This document shows, in pieces, positions 26,941-35,492 of a stretch of DNA of 64,000 bases. The translations under genes were made by a program, and so were the position numbers. Origin of the DNA: an uncultured Dehalococcoidia bacterium. GTDB lineage: Bacteria; Chloroflexota; Dehalococcoidia; Lucifugimonadales; Australimonadaceae. How positions within the stretch are numbered: position 1 is the first letter of the stretch; each line of letters starts with the position of its first letter. Under the pieces are notes generated by a model. The model was not told the origin of the DNA. It searched no databases and saw only the letters and a list, made by a program, of their open reading frames with translations. The DNA lies in the NCBI GenBank assembly GCA_958295525.1, contig OY282355.1, positions 1,915,931 through 1,979,930 on the forward strand, given 5' to 3'.

Positions 26941-27881
26941 TGCGCGTCGCAACCTACCGCAAGTGGTTTTTCGGGTTCTCCGCGCTGCTCGTGCTGCTCT
27001 CCGCCGCCGCGCTCGTCGCGTTCCGCCTGAACCCGGGCATCGATTTCACGGGAGGCGCGGCCATCACGGCCGTCTACGAGACGGAGACGCAGGCTCAGCA
27101 GGTCGCCGACGCGCTCGACTCGGCTGGGCAGCCAGACGCCATTCTGCAGGCCGCCGAGGGCAACACGTTCTTCATCCGGCTCGGCATCTTGGAGTTGGAC
27201 GAGCGCGACGCGGCGGGAACGGTCACCCGGCGCGGGGACGAGTCCCGGGTGCGGGACGCGCTGGCGGCGGTCGGCCCCGTCGAGATCAGTTCGTTCGACT
27301 CCATCTCCGGCATCATCGGGGCGCAGAACGTGCGGAACGCCGCAATCGCGGCGCTGGTGGCGTCCATCGTCATTCTCGTCTACGTGACTTGGGCGTTCCG
27401 GCGGGCGCCGTCGCCGTTCCGCTACGGAGTGGCCGCCGTCGTCGCGCTGGCGCACGACGTGTTCATCGTGCTGGGCGTCTTCTCCGTGCTCGGCGAGACG
27501 ATCAACTTGGAAGTCAACGCGATGTTCATCACGGGCGTGCTCACCACCATCGGCTACAGCGTCAACGACACCATCGTCGTGTTCGACCGCTTGCGCGAGA
27601 ACGGGGCGCGCTACTCCGGCGCGACGACGCGGGAACTGGTTAACCTGAGCATCCGCGAGACGATAGCCCGCTCGCTCAACACGTCCATCACGCTCTTGGT
27701 GGTCGTGGCGGCGCTGATGCTGTTCGCCGGGCCGGCGATACGCCCGCTGCTGTACGTGCTGCTCGCGGGCGTCGCCGTTGGAACGTATAGTTCCATCTTC
27801 ATCGCCAGCCTGATGCTCGTCTCGTGGGACGAGGGAGAAATCGGGCGCTTCTGGCGGCGCGCGCGCTTCAAGAGGGCGTAG
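26940..27881 (+). CDS. secF: protein translocase subunit SecF
   Basis: The ATG overlaps the secD stop (ATGA-type). GIDFTGG and IVVFDRLREN motifs are present. Confidence 0.95.
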   Translation: MRVATYRKWFFGFSALLVLLSAAALVAFRLNPGIDFTGGAAITAVYETETQAQQVADALDSAGQPDAILQAAEGNTFFIRLGILELDERDAAGTVTRRGDESRVRDALAAVGPVEISSFDSISGIIGAQNVRNAAIAALVASIVILVYVTWAFRRAPSPFRYGVAAVVALAHDVFIVLGVFSVLGETINLEVNAMFITGVLTTIGYSVNDTIVVFDRLRENGARYSGATTRELVNLSIRETIARSLNTSITLLVVVAALMLFAGPAIRPLLYVLLAGVAVGTYSSIFIASLMLVSWDEGEIGRFWRRARFKRA

Positions 27882-27985
27882 GCGACTGCCGCGCCATTCT
27901 TGCAGGGAGTAGTCTTACTCCACGTAAGCGGCATTACGCCGCGCCGCCGCCACGCAGGGGCCTATCCCCATTGGAACGGGAGCGA

Positions 27986-30900
27986 ATGCAGGACATATCC
28001 GGGCAGATCAAGTTGTCGGCGAGCGACCTGGCGAACCACCTGGCTTGCCGTCATCTCACAAATCTCAACCTCGCCCTGGCGGAGGGCAAGGTCAAGGCGC
28101 CGCGTCCGACGGGCGCGGACGACGAGATAGAGGAGTTGATCGAGAAGGGCGTCCGGCACGAGCAGGCGTACATCGAGCATCTGCAGGCGGAGAAACCCGG
28201 CGTCAGCGTGATCTCGTTCGAGGACGGAACGTCATCGGCGGACACGGCGCGGGCGATGCGGGACGGCGTGGACGTCATCGCGCAGGCGAGCCTCGAGAGC
28301 GGACGGTGGCGCGGGCGCGCCGACATTCTGCGCCGCGTCGAGCGTCCGAGCGCGCTCGGCGATTGGTCTTACGAGGTCACGGACACGAAACTCGCCCGCG
28401 AAACGAAAGCCGGAACGGTTCTGCAGATCGCGCTCTACTCCGCCATCGTGGGGGAGATTCAAGGCAAGACGCCGGAGATGATGCACGTCGTCACCCCGGG
28501 CATCGAGGAAGATGCCCCGTTCCTCACGGAATCGTTTCGCGCGCAGGATTACCTCGCCTACTACCGGCTGATGCGGGGCAAGTTGGAGGAGGCGGTCGGC
28601 GAAGGGCGCGGGCGCGAGGCGCATGCGATCCCGACGTATCCGGAGCCCGTTCCGCATTGCGACGTTTGCCGGTGGCGGCTGGATTGCGGCGGGCGGCGGC
28701 GGCGGGACGACCACCTCTCGCTCGTGGCGGGGTTCTCCACCGGCCAGCAGCGCGAGGCGCAAGGTTGGGGCATCGCCACGCTGGCGGGACTCGCCAAAGA
28801 GCCGCTTCCGTTCGTTCACCGGCCAAAGCACGGCTCGGTCGCGCCCTACGAACGCGCCCGCGAGCAGGCGCGCGTCCATCTGGAGGGGCGCGAGCGGGGC
28901 GCGCCTTACTACGAATTGCGGCCGCGCGAGCCGGAGCGCGGGCTCGCGCGCTTGCCGGAGCCGTCGCCCGGCGACGTCTTCTTCGACATTGAGGGCGCGC
29001 CGTTCGTGGGGACGCAGGGCTTCGAGTATCTGTTCGGCTGGGCGACGCTCGGCGCGGACGGACAGCCGGAGTACCGCGCGCGCTGGGCGTTCGGGGCGGA
29101 CGGCGCGGGCGGGAGTTTCGCCGCCGGGGAGCGCGCGATTTTCGAGGAGTTCGCGGATTACGTCGAGGCGCGCAGGAAAGCGCATCCCGACTTGCACATC
29201 TTCCATTTCGCGCCCTATGAGCCGAGCGCGCTCAAGCGGCTGATGGGCCGTTACGCGACGCGAGAGGAGGAAGTGGACGGCATGCTGCGCGCCGAACTCT
29301 TCGTTGACTTGCATACGGCGGCGCGGCAAGCCGTTTTCGCCAGCGTCGAGCGCTACTCCATCAAGGACTTGGAGCAGTTCTACGGCTATGCGCGGGAGGT
29401 CGAACTCCACGCCGCCAACGACAACCGCCACTTGCTCGAGCGTCAATTGGAGACGGGGCGGATCCTCGAATTGGAGGCCGACGCGGAGACGCGGGGCGCG
29501 GTCGAGAATATGCGGAACGTCGTGCAGGAGTACAACCGCGACGATTGCGTCTCGACGCTCCGCCTCCGCGACTGGCTGGAGGAACTGCGGCGCGAGCGCA
29601 TTGCGAGCGGCGAGGAGATCGCGCGTCCGGTCGTTGAGATTCCTACGCCGAAGCCGCTCACGGATCGCCAACGGAAAGTGCAGGCGCTGAAAAAACGCCT
29701 GCTTGACGGCGTGCCCGACGGCGGCGAACGCTCGGACGAGGAAGAGGCGCGCTGGCTGACGGCGCACCTGCTGGACTGGCATCGCCGTGAGGCGAAATCC
29801 ACGTGGTGGGAGTACTTCCGCTTGGGCGACCTCGGCGAGGACGAGTTGCGCGACGAGAAGGCCGGGCTCACGGGGCTCACGTTCTCGGGGCGCGACGGCG
29901 GCACCGACAAGGCTCCCGTTCACTGCTATAAGTTCGAGACGCAGGATTCCGCCGTCGGCAAGGGCGACGATGTCCATCAGGTTGGCGGCGAGGCGCTCGG
30001 AACCGTGGAGGCGATTGACTACCTCCAACGGACGGTCGCCATCAAGAAGAGGATGGCGGCGGCGGAAGCCCATCCGACCGCGCTCTACGCCGCCAATCGT
30101 CCCCTCACGACGGACGCGCACGAGGAGTCGCTGCTGCGGATCGGCGAATGGGTCGCCGACAACGGCGTGGACGCGCTGGCCGCGAACTACCGGGCCGCGC
30201 GCGACTTGCTGCTCGCCCGGACGCCCCGCCTATCGCCCGCGCCGGCCAGCGGCGCGCCGCTGTACCTCGAGAAAGAAGAGAACGCGGATGAAGGGGAGAA
30301 GGCGCTGGACGCCGCCAAGCGGCTCGCGCTTCAACTGGACGGCGGCGTCCTCCCGATTCAGGGCCCGCCGGGCACGGGCAAGACCTACACCGCCGCGCGA
30401 ATGATCTGCGAACTCGTCCGCAGCGGCAAGAAGGTCGGCGTCACGGCGAACAGCCACAGCGTGATTCGCAAGCTGCTCGACGCGGTGGTGGAGGCCGCCC
30501 AAGAGAAAGGGCTGGAACTGCGCTGCGTTCAGAAGGTGAGCGAAGCGCCCGAAAACGCGGAAGGCAACCCGATCACGGAGACCGACGCGAACGACGTCCT
30601 GCTGAACCTGCTCGCCGACGGCCAGGCGCAGGTCGGCGCGGGAACGTCGTGGGTTTGGTCAAGGGAAGAGTTCGCGGATTCCCTTGACGCGCTCTTCATA
30701 GACGAGGCGGGGCAAATGTCGCTGGCGAACGCGCTCGCGGTCGCGCCCGCCGCCGCGAACATCGTGCTGCTCGGCGACCCGCAGCAACTGGAGCAGCCGC
30801 AGCAGGGAAGCCACCCGGAGGGCGCGGACGCCTCGGCGTTGGAGCGCTTGCTCGGCGGGCGGCAAACCATCCCGCCCGACCGGGGCATCTTCCTCCGCAA

Positions 30901-31525
30901 AACCTTCCGAATGCACCCGAACATCTGCGCGTTCACGTCGGAACTCTTCTACGACAACCTGCTGACCTCGCAGCCCGATCTCGTGCATCAGGCGGTCAGC
31001 GGAGCGGGCGAGTTGGACGGCGCCGGACTGCGGCTGATTCCCGTGGCGCACGAGGGCAATCAGAGTTCGTCGGTCGAGGAGGCGGAGCGCGTAGCCGCCC
31101 TCCACCGCCAACTGATGAGCGGCGGCGCGGAGTGGACGGACATGCATGGCGAATCGCGTCCGCTCACGGAAGAGGACATTCTCATCGTCGCGCCGTACAA
31201 CGCGCACTTGGCGGAGATCGGGAAACTGCTGCCCCGCGGCGCCCGCTTCGGCACCGTCGACAAGTTTCAGGGGCAAGAGGCGCCGGTCGTGATCTACTCA
31301 ATGGCCACGTCGTCGCCGGAGGAAGCGCCGCGCGGGATGGAGTTCTTGTACAGCCTCAACCGGCTGAACGTCGCGACGTCGCGGGCGCGGTGCGTCAGCG
31401 TTCTCGCCGCCAGCCCGCTCCTCTTCGAGCCGGAATGCAAGACGCCCCGTCAGATGCGGCTCGCCAACGCGCTCTGCCGCTACTTGGAGATCGTAAAGGC
31501 GCAAAGCGCCCTCCATCCCGCATAG
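27986..31525 (+). CDS. RecB-like (TM0106-type) PD-(D/E)XK nuclease / RNase H-like domain / SF1B (Upf1-Dna2-like) helicase fusion
   Basis: ATG at 27986. The N-terminus has GRADIL...YEVTDTKLA (D..D/E-x-K) and the HCDVCRWRLDC cysteines. The middle has VFFDIEGAP...HIFHFAPYEPSALKRL. The C-terminus has GPPGTGKT, FIDEAGQ, GDPQQL, TVDKFQGQE and VATSRAR. Confidence 0.85.
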   Translation: MQDISGQIKLSASDLANHLACRHLTNLNLALAEGKVKAPRPTGADDEIEELIEKGVRHEQAYIEHLQAEKPGVSVISFEDGTSSADTARAMRDGVDVIAQASLESGRWRGRADILRRVERPSALGDWSYEVTDTKLARETKAGTVLQIALYSAIVGEIQGKTPEMMHVVTPGIEEDAPFLTESFRAQDYLAYYRLMRGKLEEAVGEGRGREAHAIPTYPEPVPHCDVCRWRLDCGGRRRRDDHLSLVAGFSTGQQREAQGWGIATLAGLAKEPLPFVHRPKHGSVAPYERAREQARVHLEGRERGAPYYELRPREPERGLARLPEPSPGDVFFDIEGAPFVGTQGFEYLFGWATLGADGQPEYRARWAFGADGAGGSFAAGERAIFEEFADYVEARRKAHPDLHIFHFAPYEPSALKRLMGRYATREEEVDGMLRAELFVDLHTAARQAVFASVERYSIKDLEQFYGYAREVELHAANDNRHLLERQLETGRILELEADAETRGAVENMRNVVQEYNRDDCVSTLRLRDWLEELRRERIASGEEIARPVVEIPTPKPLTDRQRKVQALKKRLLDGVPDGGERSDEEEARWLTAHLLDWHRREAKSTWWEYFRLGDLGEDELRDEKAGLTGLTFSGRDGGTDKAPVHCYKFETQDSAVGKGDDVHQVGGEALGTVEAIDYLQRTVAIKKRMAAAEAHPTALYAANRPLTTDAHEESLLRIGEWVADNGVDALAANYRAARDLLLARTPRLSPAPASGAPLYLEKEENADEGEKALDAAKRLALQLDGGVLPIQGPPGTGKTYTAARMICELVRSGKKVGVTANSHSVIRKLLDAVVEAAQEKGLELRCVQKVSEAPENAEGNPITETDANDVLLNLLADGQAQVGAGTSWVWSREEFADSLDALFIDEAGQMSLANALAVAPAAANIVLLGDPQQLEQPQQGSHPEGADASALERLLGGRQTIPPDRGIFLRKTFRMHPNICAFTSELFYDNLLTSQPDLVHQAVSGAGELDGAGLRLIPVAHEGNQSSSVEEAERVAALHRQLMSGGAEWTDMHGESRPLTEEDILIVAPYNAHLAEIGKLLPRGARFGTVDKFQGQEAPVVIYSMATSSPEEAPRGMEFLYSLNRLNVATSRARCVSVLAASPLLFEPECKTPRQMRLANALCRYLEIVKAQSALHPA

Positions 31526-31546
31526 GCGGGAACGACCGATGGGGGC

Positions 31547-31659
31547 GGGAATCCCGCCTTCGCGGGATGACGGGCAAGGGGCGAGATTCCCGCCTTCGCG
31601 GGAATGACGGACATGGGGACTGCGCGCCCGACTGGATTCCCGCCTTCGCGGGAATGACG
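31547..31659 (+). repeat. cluster of three REP-like palindromic elements
   Basis: Copies at 31547-31572, 31583-31609 and 31632-31659. All carry loop CTTC: (G)ATTCCCGCCTTCGCGGGAATGACG (the first copy lacks one stem base, GCGGGAT). Confidence 0.85.
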
Positions 31660-31711
31660 GCAAGGATGGGACGACGACGGGGCAAGGAGGCGGCAAGGCG
31701 TTCCTCGAAAG

Positions 31712-33757
31712 TTACAGCGGCGGCATGCCGCCGCCGAGCGCGAACTCCGCGCTCCAAACCTCGCCTTGCGGGCCGAACTGCCCCGTTCGGATGGACACGA
31801 CGGGATACTCCGGCAACGAAACCGTCGCTACGCACTTCCCATCGAACAGCGCGCCATTGAGAAAGAAATCAAAGTCCAAGTTGTCGAAGCCGTGCTCGCG
31901 CCGCTCCTGCGGCAAGTCGTCCGTCCGCTCCGGGACGATATGCAGAAAGAAGCGATGCCCCGTATCTTCCTGAGCGCACTCCTCTTTGACGTACGTCAAC
32001 TGGCCGTCCGTCATGTGCAGATCGAATACGGAGCGCGCCACGGGCTCACCCGCTGCTGCGGCGCGGTAGGCCGCGCGGTAGGGTTCGGGATTCAGCCGGA
32101 CATTCGCGCTCCACAGGTCGCTCTCGTCCTGCGGGTTCCGCTGCCCCGTTCGGAAGGCGGCGATGGAGTAGTCGGGCAAAGGAACGAGCGCGACGCACGC
32201 GCCGTTCAACAGCATCCCATAGTGACGGAATTCGAAATCGAAGATGGAGTAGCCGGCCTCGCGCCGCTCCTGAAGCAAATCATCCATCCTCTCAGGGGCG
32301 ATATGCAGAAAGAAGCGCTTCTCCGCGTCTTCCTGATCGCACTCTTCTTTGACGTACACCAAACGTCCGTCCGTGAGGTGCAGATCGAATACGGAGCGCG
32401 CCACAGGCTCGCCCGCCACCACGGTTCGGTAGGCCGTCTGGTAGTAGGGCGTCAAGTCCAGCCCTCGGAGCCCCGGATAGTCAGGCGCGTAACGATAGGC
32501 GCGATAGACCAGGTCGTAGCCCAATTCGGGATTCACGAACTCCCAGACCATCTCGCCTTCCCGCGTGACCTCGAAAATTCGTTCGGCATCCCCGGCGGTG
32601 ATTAGCGTGTCGCCGTTCGGCAGCCGCTGCGCGCCCGACGATCTATGAGCGTAAAAGGCATCGGGCGGATCGGCGGCGTATGTCCAAACGCGCTCGTTAG
32701 GGCCGTAGGTGGAGCCTTCGTCCAAGCGATAGTTGTAGCCGTCGGCGGGCAAGGATATCTCGTCCACGGACGAGTAGCCGCGCTCCATTCCGGGATATTC
32801 CGATCCGTTATTGAAAATGAGAACGTTGCCTGCGCCCGGCAATCCTTCCGGAATCCAGTGGGCGTTGTGCGGCCAGAAGAGGCGCTGATCGGCTAATGTT
32901 CCCCTTTGGTATGCGCGCGGGTTGCCCCAGCGGTAGAGCAGGTCGCCGCCTTTGCCGCTGTTCCCGCCGGCGCTCCCGGCGGCCTCTTCCGCGTTCGTGG
33001 AGTGATCAATGATCCATATCTCGCTGAAATGCCGGACGGTGAGCATAATTTGATCCAAATCCTCGTTGTAGTCCAATGCATTAGCATGCTGCCAGTTGAG
33101 ATGGCGACCCCTAGAGCAAGTCTCTTCGGCGAGCGCAAAATTGATGTCTATGCGTTCAGGGTGGTCCACGACGACTCCGTAGTTCGATTTCTCCGGATCG
33201 AAGTCCTGGATGGTGTGGTCGAACGTCGACCATTGCCAGACGATCTCGCCGTCCACCGGTCCCGTAGGCCGAATTTCGACAATATGCGTTGCCCTTAGGG
33301 CGGGACAAGCAATCGAGCCCGGGTTGGCGCCGAGCGCGATAGCCTCCTCGCGCGAAATGAAGACGTGGGACAGGCTGAGTATGTTCCCATTCGGCATTTT
33401 GAGAAGGTCGTGATGCTGGAGGTAACGATAATTCCAAACGGCGTTCCCGTCAGCGTCAAATATCCTGTTGCCGCTTGTCAGCAAGTTCCCGTCATCGAGC
33501 AGTTTCACTAGACGCGGGTTATGCCTCAATGTCCACGTGTGAACAACTCGTCCGTGGTTGTCGATCAGGTAAGCAAGGCCTGAAAACCGTGGAGTGAAGA
33601 GGGTATAGCCATCGAACGCCTCCGGTTCGTTCACAAGCAGCCCTGTTGCCCGATGGGTCGGCTCCGGCGCAGCAGTGGGAGTGGGCGTAGGGGCGAGCGT
33701 AGGCGTCGGCGCAGGCGATGGAGCGCCGGCGGAGCATGCGGCGAGCAGCGCAGGCAA
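31712..33757 (-). CDS. arylsulfotransferase (ASST)-family beta-propeller protein, probable lipoprotein, with two C-terminal 120-aa repeats; start unresolved
   Basis: ASST-like blocks include HHDLLKMPNGN, WQHANALDYNEDLDQIMLTVRHFSEIWIIDH, LYRWGNP, and GAQRLPNGDTLIT. The first canonical start (TTG 33757) truncates the signal peptide. Confidence 0.8.
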   Translation of the reverse strand: MPALLAACSAGAPSPAPTPTLAPTPTPTAAPEPTHRATGLLVNEPEAFDGYTLFTPRFSGLAYLIDNHGRVVHTWTLRHNPRLVKLLDDGNLLTSGNRIFDADGNAVWNYRYLQHHDLLKMPNGNILSLSHVFISREEAIALGANPGSIACPALRATHIVEIRPTGPVDGEIVWQWSTFDHTIQDFDPEKSNYGVVVDHPERIDINFALAEETCSRGRHLNWQHANALDYNEDLDQIMLTVRHFSEIWIIDHSTNAEEAAGSAGGNSGKGGDLLYRWGNPRAYQRGTLADQRLFWPHNAHWIPEGLPGAGNVLIFNNGSEYPGMERGYSSVDEISLPADGYNYRLDEGSTYGPNERVWTYAADPPDAFYAHRSSGAQRLPNGDTLITAGDAERIFEVTREGEMVWEFVNPELGYDLVYRAYRYAPDYPGLRGLDLTPYYQTAYRTVVAGEPVARSVFDLHLTDGRLVYVKEECDQEDAEKRFFLHIAPERMDDLLQERREAGYSIFDFEFRHYGMLLNGACVALVPLPDYSIAAFRTGQRNPQDESDLWSANVRLNPEPYRAAYRAAAAGEPVARSVFDLHMTDGQLTYVKEECAQEDTGHRFFLHIVPERTDDLPQERREHGFDNLDFDFFLNGALFDGKCVATVSLPEYPVVSIRTGQFGPQGEVWSAEFALGGGMPPL

Positions 33758-33810
33758 GAGCGCTGATGCGATTCCTCTCCAAATGGGCGCCGGAATACGA
33801 AATTCGCAAC

Positions 33811-33824
33811 GGGGGGGGGGGGGG
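33811..33824. repeat. G14 homopolymer (C14 on the ASST coding strand)
   Basis: Counted directly: positions 33811-33824 are all G. Confidence 0.95.
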
Positions 33825-33946
33825 TAATGGAGTATACAGTCATTTTACGGTGACTTATGACGTATTTCGTAATCGGCAGGCGCTGCGGCCGCCTGCGGCG
33901 CAGGAACATTGTAGCACGGCGCTCAGCGCGGGAGGGAGTCGGGGGC

Positions 33947-34141
33947 GAGATTCCCGCCTACGCGGGAATGACGAGGGAGGGGGACGAGATTCCCGCCTGC
34001 GCGGGAATGACGGGGCACAGGGGCGAGATTCCCGCCTACGCGGGAATGACGAGGGAGGGGGACGAGGTTCCCGCCTACGCGGGAATGACGGGGCAAGGGC
34101 GCTTGCGCGCCGACTGGATTCCCGCCTGCGCGGGAATGACG
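33947..34141 (+). repeat. tandem array of five REP-like palindromic elements (periods 39, 39, 39, 50 nt)
   Basis: Copies at 33947-33973, 33986-34012, 34025-34051, 34064-34090 and 34114-34141. Positions 33943-34020 and 34021-34098 form a 78-bp tandem duplication with about 4 mismatches. Confidence 0.9.
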
Positions 34142-34164
34142 GACATGGGGGCGAGGCGAGGCGC

Positions 34165-35121
34165 CTATTCCCTGCCCAGGTACGCTAGGAGCGCTTCTCT
34201 CGACGAGTGGGCGAAGCGATGGCCCGTCTCCGCTGCGACTCGCTCGGCGCTGACCATCCAAGGCCAGCGGATGAACGCCAGCCCGGCGGCGGGGGCGTCG
34301 CTTTGCAGGCGCGTCCGCCACGCGAGTTCCGTGAGGCCGGACGCGAGCGGCGCCGGCATCGGGACGATGCGCTTTCCCGCGAGCGCGGCGGCTTCGCGCC
34401 AGCGCACGCTCCCCTGCCCTGCGACGTTGTACGCGCCCGGGTGGTCTTCCATCAGAAAGCGGACGAGCAGCGCGGCGAGGTCATCCTCGTGAACGAATTG
34501 CATCGGCGGGTCGGCTCCCCGGAGGGCGATGAGAACGGGCTTGCCGAGCGCGGCGGTTATGAAGTTGTCCGCGTTCGGCCCCATCACGACGCAGGCGCGC
34601 AGGACGGAGAGGCAGACGTCAGGGCTCTCCTGCGCCATTGCGCGGAACGCCGCCTCCGCCTCCGCCTTGTCCTCGGCGTAGGCGAATCCGGGGGGCGGGC
34701 GCAGGGGCGCGTCCTCCGTCAGCAACGGCGGATTGTCCGGCCATGCGCCGTAGACCGTCGCGCTGGACATAAGAACGGCGCGCCGGACGCCCGCGTTCGC
34801 GCAGGCGCGCGCCGCGTTCTCCGCGCCGCCGACGTTGACGCGCTTGCCCTCGGCCCGGTCGCGCGGCTGGCGCATCAGAAACGCCAAGTGGGCCATCGCG
34901 TCCGCGCCTGCGAACGCGGCGTCCAGCGGCGCGCAAACGTCCTGCCGGAAGTGCGCGTACCGCTCGTCGTGAACGGCGGCGGGGCGGACGTCCACTCCGG
35001 CGACGCGCTCGATTTCCGGCTCGGCGAGCAGCCTTCGGACGAGCAAGGCGCCGAGATAGCCGGACGCGCCGGTGACGGCGACTTTCCGGGTCCGGGGGCC
35101 GGAGCCGCGCGAAGCGTCCAT
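34165..35121 (-). CDS. NAD-dependent epimerase/dehydratase-family (extended SDR) protein
   Basis: VAVTGASGYLGALLVRRLL Rossmann motif, with size and layout typical of the family. Confidence 0.85.
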   Translation of the reverse strand: MDASRGSGPRTRKVAVTGASGYLGALLVRRLLAEPEIERVAGVDVRPAAVHDERYAHFRQDVCAPLDAAFAGADAMAHLAFLMRQPRDRAEGKRVNVGGAENAARACANAGVRRAVLMSSATVYGAWPDNPPLLTEDAPLRPPPGFAYAEDKAEAEAAFRAMAQESPDVCLSVLRACVVMGPNADNFITAALGKPVLIALRGADPPMQFVHEDDLAALLVRFLMEDHPGAYNVAGQGSVRWREAAALAGKRIVPMPAPLASGLTELAWRTRLQSDAPAAGLAFIRWPWMVSAERVAAETGHRFAHSSREALLAYLGRE

Positions 35122-35123
35122 CG

Positions 35124-35492
35124 TTAGCCGGACGCGGCCTCGTCCGTGAACGTGAAGCCGAGTTCGCCCAGCCCCGCCACTTCGAACGACATCCCCACTG
35201 CGTGGGGCCCGGGCGCGATCGGGCCGCCCCGGTAGGCGATGGTCGTCGTTTTGTTGAGGGCGAGCGTGAACGGCGTGGACTCGGAAACGGCGTCGAACCG
35301 CGTCTCTTTCCCCTCGATGGCGAACGTGGTCGCGGCGGCGTCCAGCGGCTCGCCGTCCAGGGTCAGGGGAAAGAGCCGCCTGGCGTAGCCTGCGCCAAGC
35401 CGGTTCAGCAATTGGAACGTGAAGCCGTTCGGCGTCGCCGCGAGGCTTCCCTTCACGTAGAGCCGCCGCAACAGGAATGCCGGAACCTTCAC
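35124..35492 (-). CDS. hypothetical protein (operonic with aldolase and epimerase)
   Basis: 122 aa. The start overlaps the aldolase stop by 4 nt, and the gene ends 2 nt before the epimerase start. No family recognised. Confidence 0.55.
   Translation of the reverse strand: MKVPAFLLRRLYVKGSLAATPNGFTFQLLNRLGAGYARRLFPLTLDGEPLDAAATTFAIEGKETRFDAVSESTPFTLALNKTTTIAYRGGPIAPGPHAVGMSFEVAGLGELGFTFTDEAASG

Noticed and set aside
33947-34141. The regularly spaced repeat array (and the smaller one at 31547-31659) could be a CRISPR array.
   Set aside because: The repeats are short perfect palindromes (8-bp stem) of a family that is also scattered singly through the window. The 'spacers' are only about 11-22 nt and are themselves repeated in a 78-bp higher-order unit. 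No cas genes or leader are nearby. A REP-like array is the better explanation.
31132-34492. Track ORFs 31132..31860, 31298..31696, 31395..31835, 33718..34188, 33857..34492 and 33923..34321, containing RLRGNDG / IPA(F/Y/C)AGMT / RRRESR peptides.
   Set aside because: The repeated peptides are simply translations of the REP elements in different frames. These ORFs have no independent coding evidence and overlap better-supported genes.
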